Shown: one piece after another, positions 13,543 through 23,497 of the stretch
Layout: every line of letters begins with the position of its first letter
How positions within the stretch are numbered: position 1 is the first letter of the stretch
Source of the DNA: Odoribacter sp. Z80
GTDB taxonomy: Bacteria > Bacteroidota > Bacteroidia > Bacteroidales > Marinifilaceae
Assembly: GCF_009935865.1 (NCBI RefSeq)
Contig: NZ_QWEL01000002.1
Location: 344,426 to 408,425 of the forward strand
Direction of reading: 5' to 3'
Length of the DNA: 64,000 nt
The notes under the pieces: generated by a model
Told to the model about the DNA's origin: nothing
The model's database searches: none
What the model saw: only the letters and a program-made list of their open reading frames with translations
Program-made: the position numbers and the translations under genes

Positions 13543-13911
13543 ATGAAAATCATCGGAAATATCATCTGGCTCATCTTCGGAGGAATCTTCGTAGCCCTGC
13601 AATATTTCATCTCCAGCATAGGACTATTCATCACCATCATCGGCATTCCGTTCGGCCTGCAAACCTTGAAACTGGGTGTATTGGCCCTGTGGCCTTTCGG
13701 CAAGGAAATCGTTCATACAGACGCTTCGCACGGTTGCCTCTACACCCTGATGAACATTATCTGGTTCTTCATTGGAGGTGTATGGATTTTTCTTAGCCAT
13801 ATTCTTTGGGGAACCTTATTCTGCATCACCATAATAGGCATTCCGTTCGGATTACAGCATTTCAAACTGGCCGGATTGGCACTGACCCCTTTCGGACATG
13901 CGGTAAAATAA
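13543..13911 (+). CDS. YccF domain inner-membrane protein.
   Basis: Duplicated IIGIPFGLQ(T/H)(L/F)KL motif in a 122-aa membrane protein. Confidence 0.75.
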   Translation: MKIIGNIIWLIFGGIFVALQYFISSIGLFITIIGIPFGLQTLKLGVLALWPFGKEIVHTDASHGCLYTLMNIIWFFIGGVWIFLSHILWGTLFCITIIGIPFGLQHFKLAGLALTPFGHAVK

Positions 13912-14037
13912 TCTTCTGCAAAATACAAATCTCCAATCCGGATTCCGGTAACATTCACCGACAAAACAAATCACAGAGAAAACAACAAAACCTTTCAGGT
14001 TTCCTCAACGTTTTATCTGAAATAAAATTTTACAGCA

Positions 14038-14985
14038 ATGTGGTTAAACATCCTCTTTCTGAGTGCCGGACTGGTGATTCTGATTTATGGAGCCAATTTT
14101 CTGGTGGACGGCGGGGCAGCCCTCGCACACCGTCTGAAAGTATCTTCTATCATCATCGGACTCACGGTAGTCGCTTTCGGCACTTCCACCCCTGAATTGG
14201 TCGTGAATATCGTCTCCTCAGCCCAGGGCAGCTCAGCGTTGGCACTGGGAAACGTTTTAGGCAGCAACATCTTCAACCTGCTGGCCATCATCGGAATCAC
14301 AGCCCTCATTACACCCCTCGGAGTAAAAAAAACAACCACCTGGGTCGAAATTCCCTTGGCCGTATTCGCAGCCATCCTGATTCTTCTCCTGGTCAACGGC
14401 GAACCGGCCGGAACAATCACCCGGGTAGAAGGTATTTGCCTACTCGCCTTCTTCGTACTATTCCTGACCTATACTTTAGTTCTGGCTAAATACGGAACAG
14501 TAAACGAACAAGAAGATTTCACCATAAAAAACTATTCCACAGCGAAATCTGTTTTATTTATCCTGCTGGGACTCGCCGGATTAACAGGAGGAGGACGACT
14601 GCTGGTAACAGGAGCCGTCAACATCGCCCAATCCATGGGTATAACAGAAAGAATCATCGGTCTGACCGTCGTTTCCATCGGCACTTCCCTCCCCGAATTA
14701 GCCACTTCAATCGTAGCAGCCCGCAAAAAAAATGCAGACATAGCTATCGGCAATGTCGTCGGTTCCAACCTGTTCAACACATTCCTCATCCTGGGAACGT
14801 CAGCCACCATCACACCCCTGCAGGCCACAACTGAAAGCAATGTAGACCTGCTCGTGAATGCCCTCGCATCCCTTTTGCTTTTCCTGTTCATTTTCACCGG
14901 GAAAGGCCGGAAAATCAACCGGTGGGAAGGAGCTATATTCGTTTGCCTATACACACTCTATCTCTTTTTCATATTAATTCATTAA
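14038..14985 (+). CDS. Calcium/sodium antiporter (CaCA / YrbG family).
   Basis: Two alpha-repeats, GTSTPELVVNIVSS and GTSLPELATSIVAA, in a 315-aa membrane protein. Confidence 0.8.
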   Translation: MWLNILFLSAGLVILIYGANFLVDGGAALAHRLKVSSIIIGLTVVAFGTSTPELVVNIVSSAQGSSALALGNVLGSNIFNLLAIIGITALITPLGVKKTTTWVEIPLAVFAAILILLLVNGEPAGTITRVEGICLLAFFVLFLTYTLVLAKYGTVNEQEDFTIKNYSTAKSVLFILLGLAGLTGGGRLLVTGAVNIAQSMGITERIIGLTVVSIGTSLPELATSIVAARKKNADIAIGNVVGSNLFNTFLILGTSATITPLQATTESNVDLLVNALASLLLFLFIFTGKGRKINRWEGAIFVCLYTLYLFFILIH

Positions 14986-15017
14986 ATTTGCACATATCAA
15001 AAATAAATTTTTAGAAA

Positions 15018-15608
15018 ATGAAAAAAGGTTACATTGTTCTCATCGCTATTGCTGTTATCATCCTCAGCATCTTTTTCTGGTTCAAAAACACCTACAACAG
15101 CATGGTAGCCAGCCGTGAAAACGTAACGGCTCAATGGTCCAACGTAGAAAATCAATACCAACGCCGACTCGATTTAATTCCCAACCTCGTCAATACCGTA
15201 AAAGGCTACGCTGCCCACGAAGAAAATACCCTGACTGACGTAGTCAATGCCCGGGCCAAAGCCACTCAAATGCAAATCAACATCAATCAGCTTGACGAAA
15301 CCACAATGAAAAAACTAAACCAGGCACAGGGTGAGTTATCATCAGCACTCTCACGCCTGATGGCTATTTCCGAGAACTACCCCAACCTGAAAGCCAACCA
15401 AAACTTTCTGGACTTACAGGCTCAACTGGAAGGTACCGAAAACCGGATTGCCGTAGAAAGACGGAAATTCAACGAAACGGCCCGCCAATACAACGCTTCC
15501 ATCCAGCAATTCCCACGGAACATACTCGCCGGCATGTTCGGATTCACCGCCAAGCCCTATTTCGAGGCAAATGCCGGTGCCGAAAATGCCCCGAAAGTTG
15601 AATTTTAA
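15018..15608 (+). CDS. LemA family protein.
   Basis: N-terminal TM segment followed by ...SRENVTAQWSNVENQYQRRLDLIPNLVNTVKGYAAHEENTL... Confidence 0.85.
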   Translation: MKKGYIVLIAIAVIILSIFFWFKNTYNSMVASRENVTAQWSNVENQYQRRLDLIPNLVNTVKGYAAHEENTLTDVVNARAKATQMQININQLDETTMKKLNQAQGELSSALSRLMAISENYPNLKANQNFLDLQAQLEGTENRIAVERRKFNETARQYNASIQQFPRNILAGMFGFTAKPYFEANAGAENAPKVEF

Positions 15609-15619
15609 CCGGCACATTC

Positions 15620-16057
15620 ATGAAAGCATCGGACTTCTTTACCTCCCAGCAAAAAGCCTCTATGACGGCAGCCATCCAACAAGCCGAGAAAAATACATCC
15701 GGAGAAATCCGGATTCACATAGAAAACCATACTTCCATGGATGTGCTCGACCGGGCTGCCCAGGTATTTGCTGAACTAAAAATGCACAAAACACTCCTTC
15801 GCAACGGTATACTTATCTATATCGCTTTACAAGACCACCGACTGGCCATCCTGGGAGATGCCGGCATCCATAGCAAAGTACCGGAAAACTACTGGAACGA
15901 CATCAAAAACCAAATGGTAGGACAATTCAAAACCGGACAAATTTGCGAAGGCATTTGTGAAGCCGTTCTCGCCGTAGGACAGCAGCTAAAACACTTTTTT
16001 CCATATTCTACGGATGACGTAAACGAACTGTCCGACGAAATATCTTTTAAAGACTAA
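15620..16057 (+). CDS. TPM domain protein (TLP18.3/Psb32/MOLO-1-type phosphatase domain).
   Basis: 145-aa ORF directly following LemA, which is the conserved LemA-TPM arrangement. Confidence 0.7.
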   Translation: MKASDFFTSQQKASMTAAIQQAEKNTSGEIRIHIENHTSMDVLDRAAQVFAELKMHKTLLRNGILIYIALQDHRLAILGDAGIHSKVPENYWNDIKNQMVGQFKTGQICEGICEAVLAVGQQLKHFFPYSTDDVNELSDEISFKD

Positions 16058-16075
16058 AACCGAAGTACCCGACCC

Positions 16076-16840
16076 ATGAAAAAACTGATTTTCTTTACCT
16101 TGCTGCTCATCACATCTCTGGCTGCCCGGACACAGGACTTTCCTACCCCTATGCACCCCCGACGGATAGTCAATGACTTTACGGGCACGTTCACCCCCCA
16201 GCAAACTGCAGCCCTGGAAAAGAAACTCAGAAACTTCAACGACACTTCTTCCACCCAGATTGCCGTAGTAACAGTCCCCTCTCTCTATGGCTACGCTCCC
16301 AACGACTACGCCCAGCAATTGGCCGAAAAATGGGGCATTGGCCAAAAAGGAAAAGATAACGGAATACTCGTACTCCTTAAACCCAAAAAAAACAACGAAA
16401 ACGGACAGGTTGCCATTGCTGTCGGCTACGGGCTCGAAGGTGTGATTCCGGATGCCATAGCTTCACGCATCATCCGCAATGAAATGCTTCCGGCTTTCCG
16501 CCAGAACGACTATTATACTGGTATCAACAAAGCCACAGACATCCTAATGCAACTCAGTGCAGGAGAATTTACTGCCGACCAGTACGCAAAAAAAAATAAT
16601 AATGATACAGGACGCTGGATATTCCTGCCCTTCCTTGTCGTATTCCTCGTCCCTCTGATGTTACGGAAAAAAAGAAGATTTGACTCCAACGACCGTCATC
16701 AGAGCGGAGGAACCGGATTTCCTCCCATCTTTTTCGGAGGAGGAGGAAGCGGATTTGGCTCATTCAGCAGCGGCAGCGGCTCCTTCGGAGGATTCGGAGG
16801 AGGCAGTTTCGGAGGAGGAGGAGCCAGTGGTAGCTGGTAA
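16076..16840 (+). CDS. TPM domain membrane protein (YgcG-like) with a Gly/Ser-rich C-terminal tail.
   Basis: Signal peptide, TPM core, TM segment (WIFLPFLVVFLVPLML) and a FGGGGSGFGSFSSGSGSFGGFGGGSFGGGGASGSW tail. Confidence 0.7.
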   Translation: MKKLIFFTLLLITSLAARTQDFPTPMHPRRIVNDFTGTFTPQQTAALEKKLRNFNDTSSTQIAVVTVPSLYGYAPNDYAQQLAEKWGIGQKGKDNGILVLLKPKKNNENGQVAIAVGYGLEGVIPDAIASRIIRNEMLPAFRQNDYYTGINKATDILMQLSAGEFTADQYAKKNNNDTGRWIFLPFLVVFLVPLMLRKKRRFDSNDRHQSGGTGFPPIFFGGGGSGFGSFSSGSGSFGGFGGGSFGGGGASGSW

Positions 16841-16874
16841 TTCCATACACACACATCTACCAGGCAACTCAAAA

Positions 16875-17441
16875 ATGGACCAGGAAATACCATTCTTAAA
16901 ATCCTTACAACATAAAGAGGAAAAAGCCTATCGTTTCCTCTACCTGAATTACTACGTCCCGCTGGTACTCTTCGCCCGTAAATACGTTACAGATGAAGAA
17001 ATCGCAAAAGACCTGGTACAGGACTTCTTCATATCCATGCTCCAACAAGAAGTAACCTTCAAAAACCTCGTTGCCCTTAAAGTATACCTCTACAATGGTG
17101 TTAAAAACAAAGCCCTGAACCACCTGCGTCACCAGGAAATACAAGCCCAATACGAAACCCGGACCCTCGAATCCGGGGATGAATCCGAAGAATTCTGGGA
17201 CCGGGTAATAGAAGAAGACCTCTACGCCCGATTACTGACTTCCATAGAAAAGCTCCCCACACAATACAGGCGGGTCATGCAACTCACCCTGCAAGGCTTC
17301 AAAATAGCTGAAATAGCCGAAATAATGGGTATATCCGTCGAAACCGCCAAAGAATACAAAAAAACAGGCAAAAAACGACTCTCCGAAAAATTAAGGGGAA
17401 ACAGCTTTTACCCCCTATTTATTGGTATTCTCTTCTCATAA
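16875..17441 (+). CDS. RNA polymerase ECF-type sigma-70 factor.
   Basis: Starts MDQEIPFLKSLQHKEEKAYRFLYLNYYVPLVLFARKYVTDEEIAKDLVQDFFISML..., which reads as sigma-70 region 2. A C-terminal region-4 helix-turn-helix follows (LQGFKIAEIAEIMGISVETAKEYKKTGKKRL). Start chosen at ATG 16875, because the longer ORF overlaps the preceding TPM gene. Confidence 0.8.
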   Translation: MDQEIPFLKSLQHKEEKAYRFLYLNYYVPLVLFARKYVTDEEIAKDLVQDFFISMLQQEVTFKNLVALKVYLYNGVKNKALNHLRHQEIQAQYETRTLESGDESEEFWDRVIEEDLYARLLTSIEKLPTQYRRVMQLTLQGFKIAEIAEIMGISVETAKEYKKTGKKRLSEKLRGNSFYPLFIGILFS

Positions 17442-17593
17442 TACCTGATAAAAGGGATTGAACTTCTTTCACTTTTATTATAAATTTGTGGAAAAATTCA
17501 GAAAATTTTAACACCCATCCCCCCTTTTTCGGGTAAAAGGTGTTTAAATAATAAAGAAAGCTTAAAACTTTCCAAAACCATTTTATCGTAACT

Positions 17594-18760
17594 ATGCCAG
17601 AAAATAACCATTTCAAAATATCGGAAATTATTTCAAGACACCTCGGAGGAGATATTTCACCTTGGGAAAAAGAAGTTCTGGACTCCTGGCTATCAGAATC
17701 CGCCAATCACCGCGAACTCTTCGCAAAATGGACGAATCAGCATACACTCACCGAAAAAAAGAACGCTTACGAACGGATTAAAATAGAGCCCGCCTGGGAA
17801 AAATTCAACGCTATCCGGCAAAAAGTAGTCCGCCGGAAACGGCAAATCCGGAGACTGCGCCTCTCCAGATATGCAGCCATACTCCTGTTTCCTTTGACCG
17901 TATCATGGTTCATTTGGCAGGAAAACCGGACAATCCATCCCCCGGTTAGCAATCCTCCAATACAGGCAGGACAACCACAAGCCCGGCTAACCCTGTCCAA
18001 TGGCCGGCAATTCATATTAGACAACCAAAACCGGCAAATAGAAGACGGAGACAACACCATCCCCGCCGACTCCGGAAAAATAAACTACACATTAGCCAAA
18101 ATCCCTTCCCGGAACCGGGAAATCTATCACACACTGGATATTCCCCGGGGCGGCGAATATTCCATCACACTGGAAGACGGGACAAAAGTATGGCTGAACG
18201 CCGAAAGCCGGTTAAAATTTCCGGTAGAATTCTGCGGAGAAACCAGAGAAGTATACCTCACCGGAGAAGCATTTTTCAAAGTAACCTCCGATACATCCCA
18301 TCCATTTATTGTCATCACCGACCAGGCCAGAATCACCGTCTTAGGCACCTCCTTCAATGTCAGCTCTTATCCGGACGACCAGACAATGCACACAACCCTC
18401 GAAGAAGGGAAAGTTCAGGTAAAAGCCATCCGCAGCGGAGAAAGCATGCAAATGCAGGCCGGAGAACAGATACGCCTGGAAAAAAACGGCAAAATGAGCA
18501 AAGAAAAAACAGACGTCACACATTACACCTCCTGGAAATCAGGACGGTTTGTATTCAAAGACATGCCCCTGGATAAACTTCTCCGCCAGTTAGCCCGATG
18601 GTATGACGTAGAGATTCATTTCCAAAAAGAAAAACGAAAACAAATCACCTTCACCGGCGATTTGAAAAAATACGAGAACCTGAATGAAATTCTCGAAATC
18701 ATTGAACTCACCAGCGAAGCACAGTTCATGACAGAAGGCAGAAAAATTACAGTATATTGA
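17594..18760 (+). CDS. FecR family anti-sigma factor.
   Basis: 388 aa. N-terminal anti-sigma region, one TM segment (AAILLFPLTVSWFIW) and a periplasmic FecR domain. Confidence 0.8.
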   Translation: MPENNHFKISEIISRHLGGDISPWEKEVLDSWLSESANHRELFAKWTNQHTLTEKKNAYERIKIEPAWEKFNAIRQKVVRRKRQIRRLRLSRYAAILLFPLTVSWFIWQENRTIHPPVSNPPIQAGQPQARLTLSNGRQFILDNQNRQIEDGDNTIPADSGKINYTLAKIPSRNREIYHTLDIPRGGEYSITLEDGTKVWLNAESRLKFPVEFCGETREVYLTGEAFFKVTSDTSHPFIVITDQARITVLGTSFNVSSYPDDQTMHTTLEEGKVQVKAIRSGESMQMQAGEQIRLEKNGKMSKEKTDVTHYTSWKSGRFVFKDMPLDKLLRQLARWYDVEIHFQKEKRKQITFTGDLKKYENLNEILEIIELTSEAQFMTEGRKITVY

Positions 18761-18770
18761 TGACAGAACG

Positions 18771-21700
18771 ATGAAAAAACATACACTACTCAGAATAATC
18801 CTGTGGAGCATACTGTTCATATGCTACGCACCGATTGAGCTGACGGCACAACAAAAGAAATTGACCGTACAACTCAAAAACGGAACCTTTCCCCAATTGA
18901 CAGAGCAAATCCGGAAACAATCCGACTACACTTTCTTTTTCAACAACGCAATGATTTTAAACTTGAAAAAAATCAATATAGAAGCAAAAGAAGTGAGCCT
19001 CGATTCCATATTAAACACAGCCCTCAAAGGCTCCGGACTGACCTATACCATCAAAGACAAAACTGTTATCCTCTACTCCCGGGACACCCCGGAAGCCGCC
19101 AACAAAACGGTAAAAATCCAGGGACAGGTAAACGATGAAAAAGGAGTGTCCCTACCGGGTGCCAGTGTATTTATCAAGAACACCTCGGTCGGAACAACCA
19201 CCGACCAAAACGGGAACTATTCCATCCTTGTACCGGAAGTGATGGGCATGACCGTAGTTTTTACCTTTATCGGTAAAAAAAGCGAAGAAATGGTATACAC
19301 CGGCGACCGCTACATGAACGTCATACTTAAAGACACCTACAACGAAATAGGAGAAGTACAGGTGCGGGCACGGGCCAATATCAACGAAATAGATGTCCGT
19401 TCCAGAACCGGCGTAGTCAACGAAGTCGACGTCCGGCGAATGAACAACAAACCGATAATGGATGTAGCCCTGGCCCTCCAGGGAACTGTTCCGGGCTTGA
19501 TTGTCACCAACAAAGGTGACCTGGGAAGCAAACCAGAAATCCGCATTCGGGGCACTTCCTCCCTGCGTCCTGGAGATGCCGCCAATGAGCCTTTATACGT
19601 TCTGGACGGGAAAGTAATCTCATCGGATGCCTTCCTGACCTTAAACCCCAACGACATCAAAGAAATTAAAGTCCTCAAAGATGCCGCCGCCTGCGCTCTT
19701 TATGGAATCAAAGCAGCCAACGGAGTACTGGAAATCACCTCACAACGCGGAACTGCCGGGAAAATGATTTACAACTACAGCTTCAGTGCCGGCGTAACCT
19801 TACGGGGACGCAGAGGTGTACAAATGATGAATTCCGAAGAAAAGCTGGAATTGGAAAGACGTATGAAAAACCCGATAGCCCCCGGCTATCGCTACAGCGA
19901 AGACTACTACCGGAAATATCATGTCTCAGATCCTGAAATAAACCGGCTCATAGCAGAAGGACGCCAGATACTGGATTCCCTCAGCCGTATCAACACCGAC
20001 TGGTTCAAAGAGCTGCTCCGGAATAATTTCTATCAGGAACATAACCTCAGTGTCAAAGGCGGTTCCGAACAGACCAGCTTCTATTCATCCATCAACTATT
20101 CCCAACAGGGCGGACGTATACCCGGAAATGACATCAGACGGGTAACGGCCCGTCTCAGCGTCGACCAGACCATAACCTCCCGGACCTATGCCTCTCTCGG
20201 AGTCAGCGGCGGCTACGCCCTGACCAATTCACCCAACGGAACCACTTATTCTCCAACCGAATTGATTTATCAGCTCAATCCCTACGAATCCAAAAACGGG
20301 AAAGGAGAATTGGTTTCTTTTCCAGGGCGGACCTACAACGACCTCTTTAACCAATTCAGCAATAAATCAACCGATAAACGGGCAGGAATCTCCGGCAGCA
20401 TCAACTGCACAGCAATCAAAGGATTGGAAGTTGCAGCGGTCGCAGGAATCGATTATGTCCTGACAGAAAATCTAAGCATCACACCTCCTACCGCCTACTC
20501 CGAACTAACCAGCGGCGTACCGGAAAATCAGAGGGGAAAACTCACCAAAGACAAAAACACCCTCACCAATATATCCTCCAACATACGGCTCACCTACACC
20601 CGCACTCTGGGGAAACACGACCTGACTTTAGGTACCAACTTCGATTATTATGCCGACCACACCGACAATCTCGGCATCACAGGATACGGACTAAGCAGCA
20701 AAATGCAATCTCCCTCAGGAGTTAACCAATCCATAGAAGGAAACAGAAAACCCTCCTTCACCTCCAAAAACGAAAAAACAGCCCAATTAGGAGTCGGAGT
20801 CCTGATGGGATATTCATGGAATAATATATACGACCTGTTCGGTACCTACAAATGCGATGCTTCCTCCATCCTCCCCAAGGACAAACGCTGGAACTCCGCT
20901 TGGGCCGTCGGTGCCGGATGGGCATTGAAAAACTACGGTTTCCTGAAAAACAGTTTCATCCTCTCCGACCTGAAACTAAAAGCTTCCTACGGCTGCACAG
21001 CCAGCCTCCAGGGCGTGTCCCCCTCCTCTGCCGTAGCAACATTCCAGTACTCCCAAAACACTTACGGAGACCAGCAATTATTGACACTAATGGGCCTATA
21101 CAACTCAGCATTAAAACCGGAACAAACCATAGACATAAATGCCGGATTAACCATCGGCTTCTGCAATCGCGTCACCCTAAACCTCGGCTGGTATAAACGA
21201 CGCACCAAGGATGCCTTGCTGGATGTACCCATCCCCACCTCAAACGGATTCGTTTCCCTGAAACGCAACATCGGCATACTGGACAACAACGGAATAGAAG
21301 GAGAAATCCACGTCAAAATAATGGAAAACGACGAATGGAGAATGTCCGCCCGTCTCAATACGGCCTACAACCGCAACAAAGTCGTCGACCTCTATTATGC
21401 CGACCGCCTTTACACCTCTGAGGACCAATTAGTCCCGGATTTCGAAGTGGGAAAATCTTTCGATATGCTCTATGGTCCCGAATCCTTAGGCATTAACCCC
21501 ATTACCGGACTTCCCGTGTTCAAAGGCGCCGACGGACGGGAAATTGAAGCGACGGAAAACCTCAGCCGGGAAGATATGAAAGCCCTGGGCCACTCCACTC
21601 CCCCCTTCTCCGGCAGTCTTTTTTATTCCGTATCATACGGCAATTTCGACCTCGACATGGATTTCTATTTTGTCCTCGGTGGTAAAAAAGCCTACACATT

Positions 21701-22085
21701 CTCCTACGTCAGAGAACAGGACAACATCAACTACAACGCCATCAAAGGGCAGGTAAAAAACATGTGGTTTGAAAGAGGAGATGAAAACAAACTATACCAT
21801 ACCCCTTTCTACTCCTCCTCGGCTATTTACAACTTGAAAAACTACCCCAACAGCCGAACCGTCGGAAGCAGTGACTACCTCCGCATGTCTATGCTTTCCC
21901 TCAGATACCGGCTTCCTTACCGGCTCATTGAGAAAACCAAAAACGTCATACAATACGCGTCCATAGCCTTTCAGGCCTCTAACCTCTTCACCCTGACCCA
22001 CTACAAAGAGTCAGACCCCGAATCAGGTTCCCTCGTAGGCACACAACAACCCGTTTTCACACTGAATCTGAATTTATCTTTTTAA
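18771..22085 (+). CDS. SusC/RagA family TonB-dependent outer-membrane transporter with an N-terminal signalling (STN-like) extension.
   Basis: 1104 aa. Signal peptide, N-terminal extension, carboxypeptidase-regulatory-like domain (VKIQGQVNDEKGVSLPGASVFIKNTSVGTTTDQNGNYSILV), TonB-box region, and a C-terminal ...LNLNLSF aromatic terminus. Confidence 0.9.
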   Translation: MKKHTLLRIILWSILFICYAPIELTAQQKKLTVQLKNGTFPQLTEQIRKQSDYTFFFNNAMILNLKKINIEAKEVSLDSILNTALKGSGLTYTIKDKTVILYSRDTPEAANKTVKIQGQVNDEKGVSLPGASVFIKNTSVGTTTDQNGNYSILVPEVMGMTVVFTFIGKKSEEMVYTGDRYMNVILKDTYNEIGEVQVRARANINEIDVRSRTGVVNEVDVRRMNNKPIMDVALALQGTVPGLIVTNKGDLGSKPEIRIRGTSSLRPGDAANEPLYVLDGKVISSDAFLTLNPNDIKEIKVLKDAAACALYGIKAANGVLEITSQRGTAGKMIYNYSFSAGVTLRGRRGVQMMNSEEKLELERRMKNPIAPGYRYSEDYYRKYHVSDPEINRLIAEGRQILDSLSRINTDWFKELLRNNFYQEHNLSVKGGSEQTSFYSSINYSQQGGRIPGNDIRRVTARLSVDQTITSRTYASLGVSGGYALTNSPNGTTYSPTELIYQLNPYESKNGKGELVSFPGRTYNDLFNQFSNKSTDKRAGISGSINCTAIKGLEVAAVAGIDYVLTENLSITPPTAYSELTSGVPENQRGKLTKDKNTLTNISSNIRLTYTRTLGKHDLTLGTNFDYYADHTDNLGITGYGLSSKMQSPSGVNQSIEGNRKPSFTSKNEKTAQLGVGVLMGYSWNNIYDLFGTYKCDASSILPKDKRWNSAWAVGAGWALKNYGFLKNSFILSDLKLKASYGCTASLQGVSPSSAVATFQYSQNTYGDQQLLTLMGLYNSALKPEQTIDINAGLTIGFCNRVTLNLGWYKRRTKDALLDVPIPTSNGFVSLKRNIGILDNNGIEGEIHVKIMENDEWRMSARLNTAYNRNKVVDLYYADRLYTSEDQLVPDFEVGKSFDMLYGPESLGINPITGLPVFKGADGREIEATENLSREDMKALGHSTPPFSGSLFYSVSYGNFDLDMDFYFVLGGKKAYTFSYVREQDNINYNAIKGQVKNMWFERGDENKLYHTPFYSSSAIYNLKNYPNSRTVGSSDYLRMSMLSLRYRLPYRLIEKTKNVIQYASIAFQASNLFTLTHYKESDPESGSLVGTQQPVFTLNLNLSF

Positions 22086-22089
22086 ACTT

Positions 22090-23475
22090 ATGATTATGAA
22101 AACCAGTCGTTTATTATACATCGGATACATCTTACTCTGCGGATGCTCACTGAACATCCCACTGGAAGATCAATTCTCCGACCCGGACGCCATCACAGAC
22201 GTATCATCCGCACGCTCCCTGCTCGCTACCGCATACAACGACCTCCCCCAGCATATTTTTGAGTTTGCCGTTCTCTCGGACGACTTCTATCCTTCTTCCA
22301 AACTCATAAAAGATGCAGGTCTCCAAAACCTTTATCGCTGGAGAGAAGTGGAGCTGACCGAACTGGCAGACAACCTGTGGACAGAATACTATGCAGTCAT
22401 CTCCACCATCAACGCTTTACAAAACCGGTTGGATGCTGTCACAACCATCAGTCCGGAAGAAGAGAGCGAAAAAAACATCATCACCTGCGAAGCCAAGGCA
22501 CTAAAGGCAAAATGCTATTTCGACCTCCTGCGTTTGTTTGCCCCATCCTATCCGGGAAACGAAGAAAAAGAAGGCATCATCCTCAAAGATCAGGTGGAAC
22601 TGGATTACCTGCCCCGTTCCTCCGTCAAAAAATGCGTTACGGAAATCCGGCAGCTACTAAAAGAAGCCCGGCATCCGGACAACACCCCGGATAAAATCTA
22701 CTGGCTCTCCGACTACGCCGTAACCTACCTTCAGGCCGAAGTCGAATTATACACAGGCAACTACCCTGAAGTCCTCAACCTCACAAACGAACTGATTACT
22801 CTGTTCCCGGAAGAAACTCTGGGAAACAATCCTTACACTGCCTTGTGGAGCAACGAAACCAGCAAAGCACGGATTTTCGCCAAATATCAGTCCGACCAAA
22901 TCTACCAGGATATCCGGTATGACACCTACGCCTCAGGCGACTATCTCGTAATGAATGACGAAATCACATACTCCCCGCAAGACAAAAGAAAAACCTGGTC
23001 CGAAATAGAATTCGTCATGGACAACACACAACCGGTCCGGCTCTTCGGAAAATACAACAAAATGAACCGCGAAGAAATCCCCAGTATGTACGTCAACATC
23101 TGGCGGGCAGCAGGTATATGGCTCATGCGCGCCGAAGCGCTTGCCCGCACCTCAAAACCCGATGCCGCCACTGAACTGATGAACCGCTTCCTCACCCAAC
23201 GCGGAGCTGAACCCCTTGAAACCTTCACAAATCCGGAGAAACTGCTCGAACAGATTCTGGAAGAACGGCGCAAAGAATTTGTCGGAGAAGGCGAACGCTA
23301 TTTCGACCTCAAACGATGCCATAAAACCCTCAATAAATACAAAGAATACGGGAACGGCATACTTCTTACCCTACAACCCGGAGACTACCGTTGGACCCTG
23401 CCCATCCCCGCCTCCGAATACCGTTACAACGAAAAAATAAACCAAAACGAAGGTTGGCCAAAAATAAAAATTTAG
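22090..23475 (+). CDS. SusD/RagB family nutrient-binding outer-membrane lipoprotein.
   Basis: Lipoprotein signal (LLCGCSLN). Length of about 460 aa, placed directly after SusC. Carries the C-terminal ...GEGERYFDLKR motif characteristic of SusD. Confidence 0.8.
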   Translation: MIMKTSRLLYIGYILLCGCSLNIPLEDQFSDPDAITDVSSARSLLATAYNDLPQHIFEFAVLSDDFYPSSKLIKDAGLQNLYRWREVELTELADNLWTEYYAVISTINALQNRLDAVTTISPEEESEKNIITCEAKALKAKCYFDLLRLFAPSYPGNEEKEGIILKDQVELDYLPRSSVKKCVTEIRQLLKEARHPDNTPDKIYWLSDYAVTYLQAEVELYTGNYPEVLNLTNELITLFPEETLGNNPYTALWSNETSKARIFAKYQSDQIYQDIRYDTYASGDYLVMNDEITYSPQDKRKTWSEIEFVMDNTQPVRLFGKYNKMNREEIPSMYVNIWRAAGIWLMRAEALARTSKPDAATELMNRFLTQRGAEPLETFTNPEKLLEQILEERRKEFVGEGERYFDLKRCHKTLNKYKEYGNGILLTLQPGDYRWTLPIPASEYRYNEKINQNEGWPKIKI

Positions 23476-23497
23476 TTAAACATTTAAATTTAATACC

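Noticed and set aside
16680-16874. A longer 253-aa ORF that extends the ECF sigma factor upstream across the TPM gene's C-terminus.
   Set aside because: The extension, in another frame of the Gly-rich TPM tail, is acidic low-complexity sequence with no sigma-factor similarity. The sigma-70 region-2-like sequence begins at Met 16875.
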